64,000 nucleotides of DNA, taken from Myxococcota bacterium (lineage in GTDB: Bacteria; Myxococcota_A; UBA9042). Both the position numbers and the translations under genes were made by a program. The DNA lies in NCBI GenBank assembly GCA_964201005.1, contig CAXNCS010000002.1, positions 78,773-142,772 of the forward strand, given 5' to 3'. Shown here one piece after another: positions 27,588 through 35,575 of the stretch (within the stretch, counting starts at the first letter, position 1; every line of letters starts with the position of its first letter). The notes under the pieces were generated by a model, which was not told the origin of the DNA, searched no databases, and worked only from the letters and a program-made list of their open reading frames with translations.

Positions 27588-29516
27588 ATGGGCTTGCAAC
27601 GGCCTTCGCCAGCATCGAACCGCGAGCGGAGATCGCTGGCGTGGGCGGCGGCGGCGGCGATCGCGGCCCCTTTGATCGCCGGCATGGCCCCGCAAGAGGC
27701 CTGCGGCCAGCCAAATGCCGCGCCCGCGGTTGCGGCGATGGCTACGCCGGTGCGCTTGGTGATGGATCTGGAGTGCCCGCACAGCCGCAAAGCTTGGCCG
27801 CTGTACAGGGATGCGGTTCAGAGCCACGGCATTGAGCTCCTGATCCACCACTTGCCGGTGTCGCGGCACCCCCAGGCGCGCAACTCTGCGCTGGCGGCGC
27901 TGGCGGCGCGGGCCCAGGGTCGCGAGCTCGCGTACATCGATGCCCTGCTGCAAGAGCCCGGGCTAGATGACGGCGCAATAAGCGCGGCCGCAGGCAAAAT
28001 TGCCATAGACCTCGAGCGCTTTGCCAAAGACCGCGCCGATCCTCGGCTGGGCCAAGCCCTCGACCGCGAGCGCCAGGCGGCGCTGGCCTTTGGCGTACAG
28101 GCCACCCCTTCGGCGCTGATCGCCGGCCGCGGTTTAGGTGGCGTGCCCGCCCCCGAAGGATTGCACCGCCAGCTGGTGCAAGCGCGCTACCGGCTCGGCC
28201 GGGTGGCCCAACCCTTGCCCGTTGGGGCCGACACCGAACGCGCGGCCATGGCGCTAGCCCAGCCAGAATTCCTTGAGGCCTTTGATAACTTGCGTCAGGC
28301 CCGCTTTGGCGATGCTCTGGGTGGGCGTCGCGCCGGCATGCTGGGAACGCTGTACCGCGTCGATGTCGAACCCGATGAGCAGTGCCTAGGGCCGGCCCAG
28401 GCCGCGATCACCGCGGTGGTCTACGTCGATCCCGCGCAGGCGTGGACCGTGCGCCAGCTCGGCCAGCTGCGCCGCTGGCAGGCCCAAACCGCGGCGAGCC
28501 GCTTGGTCGTGCGCGTCCTGCCGGCGCCCGATAGTGGTTCCCAGCGGTTGGCGCTGATGTGGACCGCATTGGCGCCGAATTCGACTGGGCGATGCGCGAC
28601 GGCCTTGGCGTCCTTGCCGGAGAGCGCCGCTTGGCGCCAAGACGATCTGATGGCGGCCGCGACGGCGATAGGCGGCGGCACAGACCGGCAGGCCCAACGC
28701 CTCGATCGACCGGAGTTGACCTCGGCTTTGCACAGCGTCGTGTCTGGCGCGCGGCACATTGATGCCAGCGCTGGTGCGGTATTTGTTAACGGCCACCGCT
28801 GGTTAGGTAGCGTCACAGACAGAGAATGGATCAAAGCCGCGGAGTCAACTCGCTCGCCTCTGGCTAGCGCTGGCTCGCCCGACCACGCGTATCAGCAACG
28901 GATTCGCCACGGCCGGTGGCGCCAGGAGGCCGAGCTCGATCTGCAGGAGCCGCTGGCCTTGGGCGATCTGTCGCGCCTGGCCACTGTTGGCACTGGATCG
29001 ACAGAAATCCTTGTGCTGATGGACTTTTCTAGCCCTGCGTCGCGGGCAGCATGGCACATGCTCCGCCGCTGGATCGCGCCCGGGCCGCTTGCGAGCCGGC
29101 TGTTTGTTGCGGCCCTGCCAGAGAGGCGCGCGACCCAGCAGGATCTGAACCAAGCCCTGCTAGCGGCCTCTGCGCTCGCCAGGACGGCCGCGGCAGTCAC
29201 CGCCCTATTCGACCTGCCGACCGCCGAACCCAAGGCCCCAGGGGGCAGCCAGGCCGCCTGGTGGGCCAAAGCGCTGGGTGTCGCGCCGGAGCAGTGGCGC
29301 AGCGCTCTGCAGTCCGCCGCCGTCGCCGAAGTCCGCGAGCGGCTGCGCTGGGTGCAGCGCCAGACCGATTGGGGTGAGGAGCCGGTGATCTTCCTGGCCG
29401 GTCGGTTGTACACTGGGCCCCTAGACGAAGCGAGGCTCGAGCGGGCCCTGCGCTTCGCCGTTCGCACTGCGCAAGCTGAGCTGCCGCCAGTGCGCGTCGC
29501 CCAGGAGGCTCCGTGA
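27588..29516 (+). CDS. Paralogous triple DsbA-like-fold protein with degenerate active sites
   Basis: It starts 9 nt after the previous stop and has a signal peptide. Three modules align by eye to the upstream gene, but the active-site positions read CPHS (27774-27785), DPAQ and SSPAS. Confidence 0.6.
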   Translation: MGLQRPSPASNRERRSLAWAAAAAIAAPLIAGMAPQEACGQPNAAPAVAAMATPVRLVMDLECPHSRKAWPLYRDAVQSHGIELLIHHLPVSRHPQARNSALAALAARAQGRELAYIDALLQEPGLDDGAISAAAGKIAIDLERFAKDRADPRLGQALDRERQAALAFGVQATPSALIAGRGLGGVPAPEGLHRQLVQARYRLGRVAQPLPVGADTERAAMALAQPEFLEAFDNLRQARFGDALGGRRAGMLGTLYRVDVEPDEQCLGPAQAAITAVVYVDPAQAWTVRQLGQLRRWQAQTAASRLVVRVLPAPDSGSQRLALMWTALAPNSTGRCATALASLPESAAWRQDDLMAAATAIGGGTDRQAQRLDRPELTSALHSVVSGARHIDASAGAVFVNGHRWLGSVTDREWIKAAESTRSPLASAGSPDHAYQQRIRHGRWRQEAELDLQEPLALGDLSRLATVGTGSTEILVLMDFSSPASRAAWHMLRRWIAPGPLASRLFVAALPERRATQQDLNQALLAASALARTAAAVTALFDLPTAEPKAPGGSQAAWWAKALGVAPEQWRSALQSAAVAEVRERLRWVQRQTDWGEEPVIFLAGRLYTGPLDEARLERALRFAVRTAQAELPPVRVAQEAP

Positions 29517-29953
29517 GCATGGTGTTCGTAGAGACGTTGCGCGGCAGCTACTTTGAGGTCGACCAGCCGGACGTCACGCGCATTTGCGAAGTCGCCGTCC
29601 ATGTGCGCCTCAAGCGGCCGAGCGGTTGGCAGGACGTGATTGAAGCCGAGATGACCGGCACCGCGACCTTTGAGAAGCTGGCCACCCAACAGCCTATTCG
29701 CGGCACGTTGCGCGTCCAATTGCGCCGCCCGCGCCACGTGACCTATGCCTTTGAAGTGCAAGGAGACAACGGTCAGACCCTGCACTTTAGCGGCGCCAAG
29801 CATCCCAGCCTGATGCGGCCGATCTACGCCGCGACCACTCTGTGGGGCACCCTGTCTCAGGCTGATCGCCCCAAAGCCATGGTCCGCTTGCACTTTGACC
29901 TGCGCCGCGACTTAGTGGCGTTTGTTCAGAGTCTGCGCCGCCCGGCGGACTGA
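29513..29953 (+). CDS. Hypothetical protein, translationally coupled to the upstream gene
   Basis: GTG 29513 overlaps the upstream TGA (GTGA); the alternative is ATG 29519. The composition is protein-like with no signal peptide. I recognise no family. Confidence 0.5.
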   Translation: MSMVFVETLRGSYFEVDQPDVTRICEVAVHVRLKRPSGWQDVIEAEMTGTATFEKLATQQPIRGTLRVQLRRPRHVTYAFEVQGDNGQTLHFSGAKHPSLMRPIYAATTLWGTLSQADRPKAMVRLHFDLRRDLVAFVQSLRRPAD

Positions 29954-30036
29954 TCCACCCCGTCGCGTCCCCGCGGTCTTTTCAGTCGCCCCTGACATGG
30001 CAGGCGGCGCGACCCGCGAAACACTCGGAGCCCGCA

Positions 30037-31269
30037 ATGACCTTTGCCCCTTCGCAACGCGGCCTTACTGCCCCGGCTTCGCCGATCCGCCGCCTTACAC
30101 CGTATGCCGACAGCGCCAAGCAGCGCGGCGTGCAAGTCCTGCACCTCAACATCGGCCAACCCGACGTAGCTACCCCGCGCAGCGTGCTGGACGCCTATCA
30201 CAATTTTGACGAGAAAGTGCTGGCGTACGGCGCGTCTGAGGGCAGCCTGGCCTACCGCCAAGCGCTCGCGGATTACTACAACGGCCTAGGCGCCGCCGCG
30301 GGGGGCCCGGCCATTGCGGCCTCCGACGTGGTGGTGACCACGGGCGGCTCTGAGGCCCTGCTCTTTGCCATTGCCGCGACCTGCGATCCGGGCGATGAGC
30401 TCCTGGTCTCTGAGCCTTACTATCCAAACTACTTGGGCTTTGCCCATCTTCTGGCCGTGAATGTCCGGCCCGTCACCACATTTGGCGACCAGGGATTCGC
30501 CCTGACGGCGGGGCAAATCGAGGCGGCGCTGACCCCCAAGACCCGGGCGATTGTGCTGTCGAGCCCCGGCAACCCCACGGGCGCGGTGCTGTCGTCTGCG
30601 GAACTGCGGCAGATCGGCCAATTGTGTAAAGATCGCGGGCTATTCTTTATCTGCGATGAGGTCTATCGCGACTTTGTCTACGACGATGAGGTCCGCGAGG
30701 GTGGCCTGACCTCGCCCAGCCTCTTGGCCCAGCCCGGTTTTGAACAGTGCGCCATCGTTGTCGATTCCGTGTCCAAGCGCTATTCCGCCTGTGGAGCGCG
30801 GGTCGGTTGTATGGTGACGCGCAATCCGCAGATCCGCGCCGCCGTGATCAAGTTTGCCCAGGCGCGCCTGTCTCCTCCGGTGGTAGACATGCTAGCGGCC
30901 CAAGCGGCACTGAGCACGCCTGCCGCGGAACTAGCTGCGGTGACGCAAGAATACCGGCGCCGCCGCGACGCCCTGGTGGCCGGTCTGAACACCATCCCCG
31001 GGGTGTCCGCGCGCACGCCGCAGGGCGCCTTTTACCTTGTGGTGCAGCTGCCCGTGGACGACGCCGAGCGCTTCTGCATGTACTTGCTCAACGATTTCAA
31101 CGTTGATGGCGCGACTGTGATGCTCGCGCCGGCCGACGGATTTTACGCCACTGCCGGCCTGGGCAAGCAAGAGGTGCGCGCGGCCTACGTGCTGGAAGAG
31201 CCCAAGCTGCGGCAAGCCTGTGACATTTTGCGGGCGGCCTTGGCGGCTTATCCCGGCAAGCGTCCCTAG
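30037..31269 (+). CDS. Class I/II pyridoxal-phosphate-dependent aminotransferase
   Basis: SVSKRYSACGARVG PLP-lysine motif, a GNPTG block and GGAG upstream of the ATG. Confidence 0.88.
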   Translation: MTFAPSQRGLTAPASPIRRLTPYADSAKQRGVQVLHLNIGQPDVATPRSVLDAYHNFDEKVLAYGASEGSLAYRQALADYYNGLGAAAGGPAIAASDVVVTTGGSEALLFAIAATCDPGDELLVSEPYYPNYLGFAHLLAVNVRPVTTFGDQGFALTAGQIEAALTPKTRAIVLSSPGNPTGAVLSSAELRQIGQLCKDRGLFFICDEVYRDFVYDDEVREGGLTSPSLLAQPGFEQCAIVVDSVSKRYSACGARVGCMVTRNPQIRAAVIKFAQARLSPPVVDMLAAQAALSTPAAELAAVTQEYRRRRDALVAGLNTIPGVSARTPQGAFYLVVQLPVDDAERFCMYLLNDFNVDGATVMLAPADGFYATAGLGKQEVRAAYVLEEPKLRQACDILRAALAAYPGKRP

Positions 31270-31347
31270 TTTCAGCCAAGCGCCGAGCGGGCGAGTCGAT
31301 CGCTCCACCACTTTGGAACACACGCCTTCTGCGGTGCGAACTGGCCT

Positions 31348-32127
31348 CTAGCGCTTGGCTTCTTGCTGGGCTTCTTGCTGGGCTTCTTGCTGGGCTAACT
31401 GTTGGGCTTCCTTGGCCTCTTTGCGCTTCTTCCACGCGTACTTGAGCCCGGCGCCCACGCCGATCACCACGATCACCGCCAAGATGCCCTGCTCGCTCCG
31501 CTGAGCGTACTTGATGACATCTTGAATTTGCTCACCAAAATACCAGGACGAGAGCACGAGCGCCGGCACGGACAGCAGCGCCGCGAGGCCGTCAAAGAAC
31601 AGAAAAGTGCGCAGGCGAATGCCCAACGTGCCGCTGGTAAAAAACACCACCGAGCGCAGGCCGGGCATAAAGCGGGCCGAGAACAGCACTTGCGGGCCCT
31701 TTGCCTGGAGGAATTCCGTGGCCTTTTCGCGGCGACCGCTGCCCAGGATGCTGCGAAATGGCGCGCGGTGCATCAGCTTTCCGCCCAAGCGCGCCCCTAG
31801 GGTGAACATCGTCGCGTCGCCAATCACCACGCCGGCCATACCGATGATCACCGCCAGGGCCACGAGCATGCGCCCATCGCCGTAATGCCCGTCTACGTTC
31901 AGGAAATACGTCATATAGCCGACGGCGACCAGGGTGATGTCCTCTGGAATCGGCAGACCAAAACCGCAGAGCAGCAAAATGCCAAAGGCCAGCGCCCACA
32001 CGGAGTACAGGTCGATGCCGCTCAACCAGGCCGTCATCGTGGCAAAATCCGGCAGGATGGCGCCCATCAGCGGCAGGGCGGCCGCGGTGTGACTGAGCCA
32101 ACTATTTGCACTCATTAGAGCTTCCAT
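31348..32127 (-). CDS. DedA/SNARE-associated family membrane protein
   Basis: GFGLPIPEDITLVAVGYM motif and a multi-TM profile. The start is ATG 32127 or 32115. The C-terminal tail is AQQLAQQEAQQEAQQEAKR. Confidence 0.75.
   Translation of the reverse strand: MEALMSANSWLSHTAAALPLMGAILPDFATMTAWLSGIDLYSVWALAFGILLLCGFGLPIPEDITLVAVGYMTYFLNVDGHYGDGRMLVALAVIIGMAGVVIGDATMFTLGARLGGKLMHRAPFRSILGSGRREKATEFLQAKGPQVLFSARFMPGLRSVVFFTSGTLGIRLRTFLFFDGLAALLSVPALVLSSWYFGEQIQDVIKYAQRSEQGILAVIVVIGVGAGLKYAWKKRKEAKEAQQLAQQEAQQEAQQEAKR
31357..31392 (-). repeat. Perfect 3 x 12-bp tandem repeat (GGCTTCTTGCTG) encoding (QQEA)3 in the DedA tail
   Basis: Read directly from the sequence. Confidence 0.9.
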
Positions 32128-32214
32128 CGCTGCGCTCCCAGTCCTGATCCCGGCGTGGCGACCCTGCGGCAAACGCCGAACCGTGCTGCGGCCCCGTGGC
32201 CTGCCCTGAATCGG

Positions 32215-32949
32215 CTACTTGCCAAGGCGCGCCTTGATTTTCCGCGCCGCCTTGCGCGCCCAACTGCGGATGAACGCCGGCTGCGAGAGATTAAACAACC
32301 CGCCCACCTTGCTCAAGAACTGCGCATCTTCAATGGTTCCCACGTCACCGAGCAGATCGATCGCCGCATCCAAGTGGTGGGGGGCTTGGTAGTCGGCCAG
32401 GCGGCGCAGGCTCGGCAGGTATTGCCCGGGCGGCTGCCGGCGCAGGCTATCCGCGGCGGCGAGTCGAACATAACTATCCGGATCCAAAAGGCCTTCCATG
32501 AGCACGCTGATCACGTCATCGCCGGAAAAGGCCTGCAGGGCGCGGGTGGCGCGCATCCGCACGGTCCAGTGCCCCGCCGCGGCCGAGGCGAGCAGCAGAT
32601 CGCGAGCGCGCTGATCCTCCGGCCAACCTTCTAAGCCGCCCACCGCGGAAGCCCTGACGCGCTCTTGCGGATCTTGGCCCAGCAGCAGCAGCCTCTCCAG
32701 CGCTGCGGCCCCCAAGAAAGCCGCCAGGGCATCTGCAGCCAACTCGCGCAGCACTTCGTCTTCGCTTTGCGACAGGTCGATGAGACGTTGCTCCAGATCG
32801 GCGATCTGCTGGCGACGCTCGGCAAAATCGCCAGGCCGCTGATTGGTATGCGTGTCCGGGCTCAACCAGCGCACAAGCCGGCGCAAGCCGTTGGCCACTA
32901 GGTCGGGGTCGGTCATGGCCAGGTCGCGGTGAATCAAAACGGCGGACAT
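32215..32949 (-). CDS. HEAT-repeat protein
   Basis: Trimmed to ATG 32949 because the longer ORF would overlap the divergent thioesterase gene. Repeated ...RVRASAV..L / ..VRMRATRAL / DSYVRLAAADSL HEAT-like helices. Confidence 0.65.
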   Translation of the reverse strand: MSAVLIHRDLAMTDPDLVANGLRRLVRWLSPDTHTNQRPGDFAERRQQIADLEQRLIDLSQSEDEVLRELAADALAAFLGAAALERLLLLGQDPQERVRASAVGGLEGWPEDQRARDLLLASAAAGHWTVRMRATRALQAFSGDDVISVLMEGLLDPDSYVRLAAADSLRRQPPGQYLPSLRRLADYQAPHHLDAAIDLLGDVGTIEDAQFLSKVGGLFNLSQPAFIRSWARKAARKIKARLGK

Positions 32950-33042
32950 GGGGGCCTCGCGGGAGGGTCGAGCACCGGGCAGATACCCCACCTTGGGGCG
33001 TCTGTCTAGCGCAGCAAAGTGGTTCAAGGTAGGCTTTGGGCC

Positions 33043-33525
33043 ATGAGCGAGCTCTCCCTTCCCGAACGCCACCCAGACGAATCTGCGACCACCATGACGG
33101 AGCTGGTCTTGCCCCAGCACACCAACACGGTGGGGACGTGCTTTGGCGGGGTCATCTTGTCCTGGATCGACATCGCTGCGGGGATCTGCGCGGGACGCCA
33201 TGCTCGCTCAACCGCCGTCACTGTGGCCTTTGACGACGTCCACTTCATCACCCCGGTGCGCCTCGGCGACATTCTCAATATCACCGCCAGGCTCTGTCAT
33301 GTGGGCAGGACGTCGATGGAAATCCGCGTCGATGTGTGGCGCGAGCGCTACGACGAGGCCCGCGAACACGCCAACACCGCGTACGTGGTGTTTGTTTCCG
33401 TGGACGACGCCGGCCAGCCGCGCCCCGTGCCGGGCATGGTGCTGGACAACGACACCGACCGCCTGCGAAACGAACAGGCCCGCGAACGCCGCCAATTGCG
33501 CATGAGCAAGGCCCACCGCCGGTAG
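33043..33525 (+). CDS. Acyl-CoA thioesterase (YciA-like hotdog fold)
   Basis: MTELVLPQHTNTVGTCFGGVILSWIDIAAG is typical of YciA/Acot-type thioesterases. Confidence 0.8.
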   Translation: MSELSLPERHPDESATTMTELVLPQHTNTVGTCFGGVILSWIDIAAGICAGRHARSTAVTVAFDDVHFITPVRLGDILNITARLCHVGRTSMEIRVDVWRERYDEAREHANTAYVVFVSVDDAGQPRPVPGMVLDNDTDRLRNEQARERRQLRMSKAHRR

Positions 33526-33537
33526 GCTCCACATGCG

Positions 33538-35322
33538 CTACCGCGGCGCGTCTGCCTCCAAGCCGCGAAAGAACCGCCGACCGCCGACCGCGTCCTTGCG
33601 CGAGATGCTAAAAGGCACTCGCAGGGGCCCGCATTCTGGGCAAGTGGTGCTGTATTGGCACTCAAACGAATAGCTGCCGGGCTCCAGCTTGAGCATCGCC
33701 ACGCCGGGGAAGTCCCGCCCGCGAAAGATCAGGTGGGCCGACGGCGGCACGCACGACAGCTGAACGTCGATGAGCACGACATCGAGCGGCTCAGGCTGCG
33801 GCAGTTCCAACCGCGAGACATTCTCTGGCGGCAGTTTGCTGGCCGTGCGCGGCTCCCCCGCCAAGCGCTTAGACGTGCGGCCGTTGCCCTCTGGCTTGAC
33901 CTGCACGGTCAGGGGCGCGTCGATGGCCAGCTCCGGCGTCGGCGCCCCTGAGGGCTCCACAGCGGCCTCTGCGGGCACGGTCTGCAGCGGCGGCTTGGCC
34001 TCGGGGAGCGCAGCGGGCGGCGTCTCTGCCCAGCGCGGCGATCGCCCCGGCAGCGGCGTGGGCACCCCGCGGGCCGGACCGGCCTTGAGCTTGGGTTGAT
34101 CGCGCCAGGCCTGGTTCATCGACCAGCCGATCCCGGCCACCAGCAGCAGCGCCGCCGCGATCCAACTGACGCGGATCAGGCGTTTGCGCCGGCGACTGCG
34201 CGAAGTCAGTGCACTCAGGGCCTTTTTGGGCGGATCAGACTCAGGATCGACGGCGAGGGCGCGGTTAAAGGCGTCGATCGCCAGGGCCAGCTGGCCGGCC
34301 GCGGCAAGTCGGCTGCCCTCGTCCGTCCAATAGCGCACTACTCCGGGCTTGAGATCGTATTGAAAGACCTCTGGTTGCTGCAGAAAGCGCGGCAGCAACG
34401 TGGTCACATCGCTGATGCGGAACTGGCGCAAGTAGCCCTGCAGGGCCGTCTGCAAGTCCACGGCGGTGGCGTAGCGGTCGGCTTTGTGCCGGGCCATGCA
34501 CTGCAGGATGATCGCCTCAAATTGGCGGTCCACCTGGGCGTTGTAGCGGCTGGGCGGCTCAAATTGCCCTTCCAGGATCTGGCGAAACAGCGCGTGGGCA
34601 TTGGCCGCGGCAAAGGGCAGCCGCCGCGTCACCAAGAAGTAGAGCACAATGCCAAAGGCAAAAATGTCGGCGCGCACGTCGATCTCTTCGCCCTCGATCT
34701 GCTCTGGCGCCATGTGCGCAGGCGAACCGACGATCGCCCCGGTCGCCGTCATGCCCTCCATGTCGACCGCGGTGGCGATGCCAAAGTCCATCAGCTTGAT
34801 CTGGCCGTCCCGCGAAATCATCAAGTTATCCGGCTTGATGTCGCGGTGCACGATCCCCGCGGCGTGGGCGTGGGACAGCGCACCGGCAATCGCATAGCCG
34901 ATCAGCGCGGCGGCCTGCGGCATAAACGGGCCGTGGGCGGCGGTATAGGCAGACACGGTCTCGCCGTGGACAAACTCGGTGACAATGAACGAGGTTTCGT
35001 CGCCACTGACCGAAAAATCGTAGACGTCGACGATGTTGGGGTGCTTGAGCCGGGCGATATTCTGCGCCTCGCGGCTAAAGCGGTGGCGGGCATCCTTGCG
35101 CGCGGCGAGGTGCGGATGCATGACCTTGACGGCGACGTCGCGCTTGAGCTGCAGGTCGACGGCGCGATACACCGTGGCCATGCCGCCGTCGCCGACGCGC
35201 TCCATCAATTCATAGCGTTGGCCCAGAATCTCTGCCACGCCACCTCGCCCTGTGCGACCGCCCTTGGGGCCCCCACGGCCCCGGCTCAGACGATCACCTC
35301 TGCCCGCCGGCGCGCCCTCCAC
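33538..35322 (-). CDS. Hanks-type Ser/Thr protein kinase with a TM segment and extracytoplasmic C-terminal domain
   Basis: GDGGMATVYRA glycine loop, VAVKV, HRDIKPDN, DFG and APE motifs. A TM helix (WIAAALLLVAGIGW) is followed by a Pro-rich linker and a ~110-aa Cys-containing beta-rich tail. The start is uncertain: ATG 35322 or GTG 35238. Confidence 0.85.
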   Translation of the reverse strand: MEGAPAGRGDRLSRGRGGPKGGRTGRGGVAEILGQRYELMERVGDGGMATVYRAVDLQLKRDVAVKVMHPHLAARKDARHRFSREAQNIARLKHPNIVDVYDFSVSGDETSFIVTEFVHGETVSAYTAAHGPFMPQAAALIGYAIAGALSHAHAAGIVHRDIKPDNLMISRDGQIKLMDFGIATAVDMEGMTATGAIVGSPAHMAPEQIEGEEIDVRADIFAFGIVLYFLVTRRLPFAAANAHALFRQILEGQFEPPSRYNAQVDRQFEAIILQCMARHKADRYATAVDLQTALQGYLRQFRISDVTTLLPRFLQQPEVFQYDLKPGVVRYWTDEGSRLAAAGQLALAIDAFNRALAVDPESDPPKKALSALTSRSRRRKRLIRVSWIAAALLLVAGIGWSMNQAWRDQPKLKAGPARGVPTPLPGRSPRWAETPPAALPEAKPPLQTVPAEAAVEPSGAPTPELAIDAPLTVQVKPEGNGRTSKRLAGEPRTASKLPPENVSRLELPQPEPLDVVLIDVQLSCVPPSAHLIFRGRDFPGVAMLKLEPGSYSFECQYSTTCPECGPLRVPFSISRKDAVGGRRFFRGLEADAPR

Positions 35323-35575
35323 TCCCTGCGGAGCTGCGGCTTGACGCCACGGACCGCGGTTGGACGCCTGCGAGAAGCCGGCGATTCAAGCGCGAACGGC
35401 CGGGCAGCGCAAGGCTCAGTCTATTGCCACGGCACCGTTGCGCCACGCGGGTCGGCAATTCGACCTCAAGACCCTGGGCCGCGGCCCGCTGAGCCGAGAA
35501 CTGCACGCGCGGCCTACCACAGCGTACGGCTTGGCGCTGAGGGGTACGGGCTTGAACCCTTGAAGCCGCAGGCGA

